Shown here in pieces: positions 10,193-20,851 of a stretch of 25,423 bases of DNA. Every line of letters begins with the position of its first letter. Positions within the stretch are counted from its first letter, which is position 1. The translations under genes were made by a program, and so were the position numbers. The stretch is from Atractiella rhizophila (taxonomy: Eukaryota), in NCBI GenBank assembly GCA_021432655.1, contig MU271258.1, positions 91,774 to 117,196 of the forward strand, given 5' to 3'. Below the pieces are notes generated by a model. The model was not told where the DNA came from. It worked only from the letters and a program-made list of their open reading frames with translations, and ran no database searches.

Positions 10193-10293
10193 AATAATGA
10201 GCACCAACACTCCTAGGCAAAACTAAACTACATAGTGATGACTCATATGAGTCATAAGAGGCAGATGACCAAAACAACACACTACAACTAACA
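10193..10293 (-). repeat. Inverted first half of LTR-A
   Basis: Reverse complement of 9499-9599; ends at the N gap. Confidence 0.9.
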
Positions 10294-10318
10294 NNNNNNN
10301 NNNNNNNNNNNNNNNNNN
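10294..10318. other. Assembly gap, 25 N
   Basis: Direct count. Confidence 1.
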
Positions 10319-13300
10319 ATGTTGTACCAAAGCTATCCTAAACTTCTTAACCACCACACCCCAGTAACTACTTCAACGGGGACATAGTTATTCGGTCAGT
10401 CAGGGTCGAGAGACCGCTGATTACCGTAGTAGATGGCGACGTATCGACCAGAGGGGTCTCTTAAGACTGGGAAGGGGTAGATGAACTCAGAAGGAAACGT
10501 AGAAGGTCGAAGGGTATGAAGCAGGACATGAACAGATCAAGCTAGGATAACGCAGGTTACCCACAAAGACCTGTTACCCTGTGCTTCACCGGGATAGGAC
10601 ACCGTCATCAACGTGAGTCCAACGTTTTCTTACACTCAAGGTGGAGAAGGGGGTGGAGGTCTGGTGTAGAAAGTGCGGGAGGACGTGAGTTTACAACGAC
10701 GAGTTACGGACTAAACGGTAAAGTTACTGTCTCTACCGTAGGAGTCTGGAAGGAATGACGGAATCTAGCTCATCTTACGAACGAATTAGCTAACCTCTAG
10801 TTACCTCTAGTATTCCCACTAGAAGACCTGGTGGGTGATAGGACCCGGAGTTTTGCGTGACTCTCGGTTCCTGAGTTTGAAGCTGCTTAAACCTGCAATA
10901 TCCCGAATTAAAACTAGCACTTTGTGACGCGATCAGCGAAGATCCTTGGTCGAACCAGTGTTATTCGCTTTTAAAAGACCTCCCGTTCCTCCCAGTAGTG
11001 GAGGAAGTTTGGGGGTTTTGCGAAGAAAAGCTAAAAAACTTCAGTCTAGACCAGACTAGACCTGTTAAAATAGCGGTAACCTAAGTGTTATCCGATAAGA
11101 TGATAGGATGTTGTCTAGTGGAACTAGTCTTCTCAGTTTTAAAGCTTTAAACGGTGGTGAGGTGTCAGTAGTAGTGTAGTTGGGGATAGTGGAAAGACGT
11201 AGTGTGGTCCCCTAGAATCCTGAAGTTGGTGTCCCAGATCCTCCTACAGACCCTACCTTTACCGAGTAATTACTCGTGCAATCTCTAAACGACCTGTCTT
11301 GTCGGAACGCGTCGTTTACCACAGTTATACGGTGTTTGTTCGGATCCGCCTATCGTTTGATGATCACGTTGAAGGGTGTACAGAGGGTTAGCGGTAACCC
11401 AGTCTTGGATAGTGTTCTTGTAATATTGATTGTCCCATCGTTCACCTCTTCACGGAACCTCATTTTACCCTCAACCCTCGAGCTAGAAACTTCGGTTTAC
11501 CCCCTCTTCTTCTGGTGATGGTAATGGTAGAGACTACAGGATGTACAGGGTTTGAGACCTTGTTGGACCACAGTCAGAAGTCCGAGTGGCAGATCTTCCC
11601 TTACTCCGAGAGGTAGTTCGTGTTGTTCGAAGAGAAGAAGGTCCCAGTTTTTGAGACGGAATGACGGTGACACCTGATGTTCTTACCATCGTACCGACCT
11701 TATGAGTTACCCTTGTCGGAGGGATCCGAGGTCTTAAACGACCTTTACGTAGATTTGTCGTGTTCCAACGAATAGTTTGCGTGTCTTCTGATCCTGTAGT
11801 ATTAAGACTCCTATGGTTCGCAGACTTCTCGTTGCTTGGACAGTTACAAGCGTACTGAGAGGGTCGATCGTCCTGCTAGGTCTGTGATAAACGCTCGGTA
11901 CGGATCGAGCCTTCGTCGTTTCCCAGGAGTTGTATCGGTCGATTGACTGATTGGTCTTGGCCTCTGATAGGAATTCCTTCTTCTTGGAGTTCTGTTTCAG
12001 TCCCTTTATGAAGTTCGTATTTGTTATATTTCTCTTCACCATAGTCTCAGTTTACCTTCCCGATGGGAGTAGCTTCTTCGTTGTTACTTCTTACCCACTA
12101 GATGTCTTACGAGTCCTGCGATAGTTCTTCGATTTAGACTCATTCCGGGGTCTTGCGAAGTTCTGGAAGTTCTTAACCTATCTCTTACAGTGACCCTTCT
12201 TTTAGTTCTTCAAATCTGTCCTGTTCCTTCCGCGAATAAGGAGGTTCCTTAAACTAGTTATAGAATTCCGGACACCATAGGTCGCACTTGTCTGATAGTC
12301 CTTAAGAGGAGTAGTCTTGCCGTCTCGTCTTGCTCGGTTATCCTGCTAAGTCCTCTGATACCAGCGGTACAAACTTCTTAGACCTGTAGTGGATGAAAGT
12401 GACGGGTAGATATCGTAGTCGCCAGCATGTGTAAGCGTTGTCTAGAGGGAGTACGGGCGCTAGTTGGTGCGATAAGGGGGTGTGCTTGAGTGTCCTTAAT
12501 GAGGTTGGTCGATTTGTAAGTCTTAGTAACCTGCGTGCCGGATGCATGTTCAGGTGTTCCTGCTTTCCGGTGTGTGGAATCCTAGAGTATGATCTTTTAC
12601 GAGTCATGTAGAATAAAGGCTAATAAGGGAAATAACGAAAGGACAAGATCGATAGGTATACAAAGTTCTTTGTATACAATGTTAAATACCGTCACGGAAA
12701 TATATACATATATATGTAACTCGACATCACCACCACTGGAATCTCATAAGAGTATCCAAATGGAGGTGATGTCCAAGCGGAAGAGTACGGTATGATAAGA
12801 GAATCCAAATGGAGGTGATGTCTGCGCAGTGGGTAGCCGCTGGCGTATATCACAACCGGGATTGTGAACGTCTTGTTCGGTTATCCTACTAAGTCCTCTG
12901 ATACAAATATACCAGTCACGGAAACAATTACAAGTCAGTAAATATATCAAAAAGGAGGAAGTCTCTACCAAGCTACCAGTAGTAGAATTTGGTGGTTGTA
13001 CGTAGGAGACCGAGGTAGGTCGTACTCTAGGAGTATACGGACCGTAGTGGGTTTTCCCCTTAGATTCATCGTAATATCACACTATAACGTGATCGGATGA
13101 TATACTTTTACTTTATGGAACCGATGATCCGAAATCAGCTAATTAAACTCGAACAGACCACAAGATTACAACAAAAACAGTGTTTCACCTCGAGAATCGA
13201 CGAAATATTAAAGAAGTAGAACGGTCTATAGTGAATAGTTAAGAATAACTAAGATTGGAATGTACCATGCTTACCGTGACTAATTGTAACACACACTAAA

Positions 13301-13665
13301 AAAATTGGGCCATATGTAAAGGTCTAGGTCGAAGGGCGAAATGGTAATGGTAATCCAAAGAAGAAGACAGACAGGTGAAAAGACAAGAAGGAAGTACTCT
13401 GGAAACATGATAAAATGCCACACTACGAAAAAGAAAGATCACAGGAGGTAAGTAGACCGTAATGAGATTGGTAATGAGTAGGAGTAGAAAGAACGAGTTC
13501 AAACATGTGTCACCACGTGTAATCCAGAGGATCCTGCAAATTGTGAAAGTTCACGAGAAACTTTACGTCCAGATGGCCAACAAAGTGTGGTTATGAAGAA
13601 CGTTGAATCAGGTCCACATTCTTTACATGACATCAAAGCACTATTTTCGTTTGGTCGTCCTTGTA
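10319..13665. other. Reversed-not-complemented block 1 (assembly artefact) hiding Copia Gag knuckle/PR, a Copia-A leader/PR/INT copy, a Gypsy LTR 3' half and a degenerate LTR-B
   Basis: Read backwards, 10620 to 10319 gives CNYCHRIG-HFVSHC...TDWLIDTGATSSMTPHHQFFKSYRNHVV, which runs into PIRVANGE near 13673. 12208-12267 is the mirror image of 16381-16440. The plain complement of 10740-11145 matches 9808-10194, and the plain complement of 12601-12865 matches LTR 1882-2096. The right boundary is uncertain by about 10 nt. Confidence 0.92.
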
Positions 13666-15215
13666 CGTTGTCCCCATCAGAGTTGCGAATGGAGAGGTGG
13701 TTTGGTCTGCTGGGATTGGAGATGTGGTGATTGAAGCGAAATTGGAGGGTCAAAAGTCGAAGCAAGTCACCATTCACAATGTCCTTCATGTCCCCAAGCT
13801 CTGCAGCAATCTCCTATCCGTTTTCAAGCTCACTATCTTCAAGAACATGACCGTCACCATCACTGGGAACAAAGTACGCTTCCTCAAGGACGGAAATCAA
13901 TGTTTTACAGCCACAGTCGACCACAGGAGAGGAAGCATGAGTGCCATCATCGATGGAAGAACACTCATTACCTCAGAGTTCGTTGCACATGTCTCCACCA
14001 CCCCCCTGAACGCTTCCCTGTGGCATAGAAGACTTGCCCACTTGAATCTTGAAGATATAAAGCGAATGCTGAAGAGAGGACTTGTGAAAGGAATGATTCT
14101 GGACTCAGAAGACGCTCCTGACCCTATTTGTGAGCCCTGCATAGCTGGGAAGCAACATAGGATCTACAACAAGGCTGCAGAGAATAGGGAGACGGAAATT
14201 TTAGGAAGGATCAGCTCAGATCTTCATGGACCACTCCCAGTTGCTTCAAGAGAAGGATTTCGCTATTGGGTAGCGTTCATAGACGAGGCAACAAACCACT
14301 GGACGATTGCTTTCCTCAGGAAGAAGTCAGAAGCACCTCAACGCTTTAAGGAGTACAAAGCTATGATGGAGACATTGACTGGAAGGAAAATCAAGAGATT
14401 CAGGGAAGACAAAGAAGGCGCCTACTCCTCAACAGATTTCGATGAATATCTTCGAAATTGTGGCATCCAGCGTGAGCAAACGATTAGGAACTCTCCTCAT
14501 CAAAATGGGAGAGCAGAGAGAGCAAATAGGACGATTCAGGAGGGTATGGTGGCAATACTGGAGGAATCTGGTTTGCCACTATTCCTCTGGCCTCATCTTG
14601 CTTCGGCTGTCGTTCACATCAGGAACAGATCCCCCTCTTCCTCCATCAATCACTCCATTCCCCACACGAAATTGACAGGGCAACTGGTCAATATTTCGCG
14701 TTTCAGAGCTAGATGTCCAAGTTCAGAAGGACGAAGAAGGCACAGTCTGGCATCCCATACACGCAGATGTGCCTTTATAGGTTACTCTACCAGAGCTAAA
14801 GGCTGGGATTTCTGGGATCCAGTGTCTAAGAAGGTCTACACCCGAGATATTGCGAAATTTGATGAGAGGGAGATGCTCTGCAAAGTCAGGAGGAAGGAAA
14901 ACGCGTTGGAACCGCCTCAGGGACTACTGGACAAGTGGAAAGAATTGTTGGATTAGGTGTTATATTTTGTGGTCTTGTGTTGTGTGGTCAGCCACCTTTG
15001 TTTTGTTTGCTTCATTTCGGAGTTTTAGCCCCCTAGGGGGCAGGTTAGGCGGTCATCATCTTTGACCACCAATCTCTGTCCCCTAGGTATGTGTTTCCCT
15101 ATCAATGTCATCATCTTTGACCACCAATCTCTGTCCCCTAGCTCCATCCAGCATCAGATTCTCTCAAGAATGTCAGGATCAGGTGGGAGAAGAAAAGAGA
15201 GATGCTCCTGCCGTC
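13661..15215 (+). pseudogene. pol: Copia protease tail, GAG-pre-integrase and integrase core, interrupted by a solo LTR-B
   Basis: NVLHVPKLCSNLLSV, LWHRRLAH...CEPCIAGKQ, SSDLHGP, QNGRAERANRT, CAFIGYS. The frame resumes after the LTR as CQDQVGEE. Small deletion near 14710. Confidence 0.93.
14946..15166 (+). mobile_element. Solo Copia LTR-B (221 bp), TSD AGAAT
   Basis: TGTTGGA...CTCTCA termini. AGAAT lies at 14941-14945 and 15167-15171. Confidence 0.93.
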
Positions 15216-15219
15216 CTTT

Positions 15220-16808
15220 TGGATTTTAGGGCTTGCCATCGCTCTTGAATATGACTGAGGGACCTCTACTCCTGTTGCTGCACTCATGGCATGCTCTGTG
15301 ACAAGCATATAGCCATATTCCATCGCCTCTGGCTCAGTGAGTACGTCACATTCCTTTACCAACATCCCAAGCTCGTCTGTTGACCCTTCGTCGTTGTTTT
15401 GAGGCGCTTCTGGGGTCCTAAATGTGTCGACAGGTCGTCCTCTACTCGTGGAATAAATTCTTGAAGGCCTGGTGACAGGGGGAGGTGTTGAAGCTGCTGG
15501 AGGAGGTCGATCTGGTGTTGTTGGGTGGATCTGGAGTGGATCTGGAGACTCTGAGAATCTAGGCATGTGAACTCCTGTCCAAGGATCTCTCTGCATGGTG
15601 TACTGACGAGGTGGTGTCCTAGGGCGTTCAGGCAGCAGCTGTATTGGGTCTGGAGACGGCTCTCTTTCTTCTTCTTCTTCTTCTTCTTCGGCCTGAAGGG
15701 GCTGAAATCGATCTGGAGAATGTATTCCAAGTGGTCTGGGTTGGTCCTGAGGTGTAGGTGGTGGTCCTGGCTGTCGAATCCATCCTTCTTCTTCTTCTTC
15801 ATCGTCGTCTAGCGATATCCTGGCTGGAGGAGCGGCTGAAGCATTATTCTGTCCATCTCCCACCTGATCCTGACGCTCCTTCCACTCATCAAGTGGTTCC
15901 TGTGGCTCTTCCAACGTAATCTTCTCCTTCCTCACCTTGCAGAGCATCTCTCTCTCATCAAATCTGGCAACATCTCGAACGTAGACCTTCTTTGCAACAG
16001 GATCCCAGAACTCCCACCCTTTCGCTGCAAGGGAATAGCCTATAAATGCACATTTTCGAGTATGAGATCCTAAGCTGTGTGGCCTTTCATCCTTTTGAAC
16101 TTGAACGTAGGCAGTGCATCCAATGATTCTGAATCTTGAGATGGTTGGAGTAAGTCCAGTGAGTTTCGTGTGGGGAATAGCATGGTTGATCGAAGCTGAG
16201 GGAGATCTGTTGCGAATGTGGACGACTGCTGAAGCGATAGATGGCCAGAGAAAGAGCGGAAGCCCAGATTCTTCAAACACGGCGACCATAGTCTCCTGAA
16301 TCGTCCTATTGGCTCGTTCTGCTCTGCCATTCTGATGAGGAGAATTCCTGATAGTCTGTTCACGCTGGATGTCACAGGCCTTAAGATATTGATCAAATTC
16401 CTTGGAGGAATAAGCGCCTTCCTTGTCCTCTCTAAACTTCTTGACCTTCTTCCCAGTAACATTCTCCACCCAATTCTTGAAGGTCTTGAAGAGTTCTGGG
16501 GCCTCTGATTTTTTCTTAAGGAAGGCAATTGTGCAATGATTTGTTGCTTCGTCGATGAAGGTGACCCAATATCGATAACCTTCTCTGGAAGTGACTGGAA
16601 GAGGTCCATGTAGGTCTGAGCTGATTCTACCCAATATCTTCTTCTCCCTAGTCGTTGCTGACTTGTTGAAGACCCTGTGCTGCTTCCCAGCTAGGCATGG
16701 CTCGCAAATAGGGTCTGGATCATCCTCCAAGTCCAAAATCATCCCATTCACAAGTTCCTTCCTCTTCAGATGCTTGATGTCCTCATAATTAAGATGTCCA
16801 AGTCTTCT
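15220..16808 (-). pseudogene. pol: Copia integrase plus acidic/Pro-rich linker, truncated at both ends
   Basis: Open frame from RRLGHLNYEDIK through CEPCLAGKQ, SSDLHGP, GRAERANRT to VPQSYSRAMASP (start of the pre-RT motif). Confidence 0.93.
15666..15689. repeat. (TTC)8 microsatellite encoding poly-Glu in the Copia linker
   Basis: Direct count; matches EEEEEEEE in ORF 15138-16751. Confidence 0.9.
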
Positions 16809-16918
16809 AGCCTTAGATCCTTACACGCCACTGATCAAATAGCTGGATGCGTGCCTTCGTACACTCTAAGTATAAATCTTGTAGCCAGAGGAAGTTCACC
16901 ATTCTGCATTCACCCTCA

Positions 16919-18319
16919 AAACAACCTTTATCACAGATTTCTAATCAAATAAAACAAAACAAGACACTCCTCTTAGAGAGGTGCCAGTACTAGTTAGGGA
17001 ACTACAGGATGTATTACTTTTACCTTGCTAGTAGGCTTCCCGTACGTCGAGTCATAGTGTACAACCTCACTTCATACGCCCGAGTACGAAGCTTCGTGGG
17101 ACGGGCGACAGACAGATGAGGCGGTACTCGTTTCAACTAAAGGACACCACACGGCGGTCCCTCCGTAAGTCTTTCTGGGGACTATAGTTGTAGAGTTTGT
17201 AGAGTTGCTCCTCGTATTCCACACGTACGAAGAAACTGAGTCTGTTTTGTGCGGTGAGTGAACCGACTGACTATATTAGAGTAAACGGTTTAAACTACGT
17301 GAGGTGTAAGGAAAGAGGACACATCTTTTGTAATGTTGGTTATTCGCTAAGAGTCAGTGGGACTGTCTGTAGGTCAGTCTGGAACATACCGAGTACGTCG
17401 GCGAGGAAGATACCGACTCCTCGGAGGTCTTCTATCGACCTTCTGTCATAGGTCACTTAATCTGCTGTACAGGTTGTAGTATAATCGAAGACACTTCCAG
17501 TATCTCGAGTTCGGATTTCACTCCGCAACAAAACTCAAAAACGGTCCCATTGATGTATGTATGGACACCTTACCCTATTGTTCTTCCGAAACTGTCGAAA
17601 GAAACTCTCCGACATATACCATTCGTTAAAAGGAATACGGAGACACTTAACCTACTCTTTTTCGTAGGTCCTCGAGGGACCTCTTTATACCTAGGGGTCA
17701 CTGTTACTCCACAGACCAAGAGTTCTTCCTCCACGACTCACTGTTATAGTGACTAATTTGAGACCAATTTGAACTACGGCAAGAGTACGGTTATAAAAAT
17801 CTACGTGAGTGGTTCCTGTGTAAATGTAAACGACTTGAACTTCGAAGTAATCTCAACTTCTTATTTCGGTTACTTGCTTTCCGTGTCGTATCTTATCGGG
17901 TTCTTCCTCGCCGGACAGGCAGTCGAGCTGGAATGTTGAAATGAACCCCAAATACGTAGTCGTTAGTGTACAGTCTAGTCCACAGTCTCTTCAGGAAGAA
18001 TACCTACGAAATGTACGCACGTCCTGATAAGTTCAGACACGGCATTCTCAGTCTCTTCTTGAAGTTCCTGAACCACGTTTCAGAGCGCAACAACCGGTGG
18101 CGACTTCTCCGACTTGAACCAAAAGAGTAGCGAAAACTGGTAGAAGGTTTAGACTCTAAAAGTGTCCAGGGGGAAAGACTTCTGGACGGGTCTTACGAGG
18201 TCGTATAAGGTGACCATTGAGATAAACGGGTACAGACTATCTTGGTAGATCTGGTAAACGGTGTATAAAGTCTTACACTCAGTACTGAGTTCAAACCCTC
18301 CGGTTTAATAATCTTTTCC
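16919..18319. other. Reversed-not-complemented block 2 (assembly artefact) hiding the upstream part of the unknown pseudogene
   Basis: 17680-18319 is the mirror image of 24784-25423. The flank ...CACCCTCA (16918) continues in the paralogue as CCTTTTCTAATAA, which is exactly this block read backwards from 18319. Confidence 0.96.
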
Positions 18320-18344
18320 NNNNNNNNNNNNNNNNNNNNNNNNN
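18320..18344. other. Assembly gap, 25 N
   Basis: Direct count. Confidence 1.
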
Positions 18345-20258
18345 CTTCCTCCTGTGTCAAAATAACGCGGGGTATTGACGGAGTATGTGAACCCATCCCC
18401 GCGTCTGGGTAGTAAAGAGCTTAAATGTCTGAGGTCGTTGGCCATTCGGAACCACTCCTCCAGACGTCCGTATCTGAGCGGTCCCGTCTTCTGACCCCAC
18501 TACTCAGGTCTAAGATGACACAGGGACTCGGTCATCTTCGCTTCTAGGTTCACGAAGTACGCAGGTACCACGAGTCCTAAGAACGACCTGAACGTTTCGT
18601 GTCTACGACAGGCAGTTTTCACAACAGCTTGGAAAACCTCGCTTCGGTTAGAGAACGTCTTCTGAAGACTCGGTTTGGTGGAGAACGGGACGACTATGGG
18701 GACTCTACATGAGACGGAGGCACCAACTCTCACGGTGGTCTCTGACGTTGAACGATGAGGTTGACTTGACGAGGAGGAGGCTGTCAATTCTCCATAGGAG
18801 GTCACTGGCCGGTCATAGGAACGTTGGGCGTTTCAGACGTAGTGTTATACGGAACTTACCAACTCTCTATAGTTTTAGACTCCGTCTCATGAGCTACGTG
18901 TACAGGACTCACGGGAACTCTATCGCGGTACTCCACAAACCGTCGAAGGGTCACGGAGAACGGTCTTAACCTGTTCTTAAAAGGCTCCTGTCTCTGTCAC
19001 ACCCGCTACAGTCCCGCACATCGTTGACGTTCCATGTACTCTCTCGACTGCTGTACCGACATCCCTTACCAAGCGTAGACAAGAAGTAGAAGGAACCAGA
19101 CTCCTGTCAGAACGAAGCTATTTGGCACCGGTTGTGACTCCCCTCACTCGTGTCCGAACGTCGATAGGTAGAAGACAGCTTTCTCTTCCAGGAATTGCAT
19201 AACGAGGACTAGGTTGGTGTAGAAGAAGACGAAGGATAGGGCGGATTAGGAGTGAGGTTCGTTTTTAAGGCGGCGAGGTTCCAGGGAGTCGAACTTAGAG
19301 AAAGGATTGAGGAAGAACTTGAGGAGGTGTCGCGAAGACCTGCACGGTCGTTAGCAATATAGCAGGTGTTTCTGACCCTGCTAGTGGAACTGAAGTGGTA
19401 AGCTCATCTAGATCTCTGACGACAGTGTGAACTGGAACCACTTCGGGTACCTGTGCTCGAGGGACAGGTCAAAGAAGACGGTAACTGTAGGAGGAACGGA
19501 CCACGGTATCTAACGAAACTCCTCAAACTCTCGCATAAGACCTCCTGGAACTCCCACTGGAAGACCGACGAACCATATCTGAAGTCGCAGGTAAAGAGGC
19601 AAGTTTTTGCGTCAACTCTACAGGTGACTAAGGTCAAGGTACAGGTCCTGTGTCCGTTCGCTTTCTTACCAAGACTCTCACCGGGTAAACTGACACCTAC
19701 GTTTCCACAGCTTCTTCAGCTTAGGTCCTGCGACCCTCTTCGGGAACTACTGCTTAGATCGGAATATTGCGAGTTAACTCGGCAGTCTGAAGAAGAACTA
19801 TCGTTTGTGGGGTAGACCTAGGTTACTGGAAACGAGGGAAACCACCAAAATGGTCGTGGGTTGAGAACAACAGGTTCACGCGAACTTGGAGGAAGTGGCA
19901 GCGGAGTACGGTAACAAAGCGGAGATCTCAGAAACACCGAAGACGTATGCAGTATCCCTACACAAGGGCACGAGGATGTCGGTACCGTACGAGTCATTGG
20001 AGGTATTTTGGCGTGAGGTTGTGAAGTCCAAGGCATTATTAGGTTGTTAACATTCCTAGATTCCGATCCTCAACCACCAGTTATTACTCGTGTAATCTCT
20101 TCATAGCTCTCTGTAGGGATCCTCACCCAACCACCAGTTATTACTCGTGGTTGTGAGGATCCGTCTTGGTTTGATGTATCACTACTGAGTATACTCAGTA
20201 TTCTCAGTATTCACCGTCTACTGGTTTTGTTGTGTGATGTTGATTGTAGGTCTTGAGC
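18345..20258. other. Reversed-not-complemented block 3 (assembly artefact) hiding an LTR-A (20050-20247) and a full Copia RT-RNaseH
   Basis: Read backwards it gives LTR-A, then PMTYAEA...HLDNKSWVLV...IERYKARFVIKGFSQRPGFDFFDTFA...VDISTAFLNG...PVFVDD...YCDADFAG...STTEAEY...GLRPYPSV*. The 3' UTR then continues directly into TGTGGGGGTTATAAG at 20259. Confidence 0.95.
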
Positions 20259-20610
20259 TGTGGGGGTTATAAGACGCCGCTTTAAGCGGTACGAGGATCT
20301 CTCTACTGGTTTTAGACAGTCAACTAATCTTTTTGCCGTGCCGTTTCATGCTGTCCTTATTCGGTGGGAGCTTTATTGGCTGGCTATTTTTGATGGTTCT
20401 TGGATTTGGTGGGAGCTTCAAGAGGCGGCTGCCCAGGTGGGAGTGTTGGATTAGGTGTTATATTTCATGGTGTTGTGTTTGTGTGGTCAGCCACCTCTGT
20501 TTTGTTTGCTTCACTTCATAATTTTAGCCCCCTAGGGGGCAGTTTAGGCGGTCATCATCTTTGACCACCAATCCCTGTCCTCTAGCTCTATCCAGCGTCT
20601 ATTTCTCTCA
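20259..20610 (+). mobile_element. Copia-B 3' UTR, PPT (20432-20443) and 3' LTR-B (20444-20610)
   Basis: UTR blocks match the reverse complement of 7598-7764. CCCAGGTGGGAG is followed by TGTTGGATTAGG...TTCTCTCA. Confidence 0.9.
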
Positions 20611-20851
20611 TACTGTATGACAGAATCATCTTTCTTGGGATGTTGGAAGACTCCTGTAACAATATCTATTTCCACCTTGTGGATTTTCACAAATATCTCG
20701 CTGGACGAACTATTGTCACCATGTACCCTGACATCGTTGATTTCTGGTCTTGGGATCAGTATATTGAGAAGGTAGATGGATGGTTCTTTAGTAATTTCAC
20801 TAGGCCCATCCCTTGCGTAAGTCTTATTACAGAAAGTAGCAATATTGATTA

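Larger units (their letters stand above)
9499..16825 (+). mobile_element. Footprint of one Copia-A insertion with TSD CGCCA; interior rearranged and partly mis-assembled
   Basis: CGCCA at 9494-9498 precedes the LTR start. The LTR 3' tip CTAGCCTTAGATCCTTACA (16807-16825) is followed by CGCCA at 16826-16830. The empty site GGCA-CGCCA-CTGATC is present near 24687-24701. Confidence 0.85.

Noticed and set aside
11276..13502. ORF-track ORFs in block 1 as novel small proteins
   Set aside because: They lie in reversed-not-complemented sequence that decodes to known TE parts, so the translations are meaningless.
12140..16510. Long mirror repeats as biological triplex-forming DNA or a product of reverse-polarity synthesis
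   Set aside because: They are mixed-sequence, kilobase-scale, confined to gap-adjacent blocks, and flip back into register with the flanks.
17254..20036. ORF-track ORFs in blocks 2 and 3
   Set aside because: Same artefact; the blocks decode to the pseudogene and Copia RT-RNaseH.
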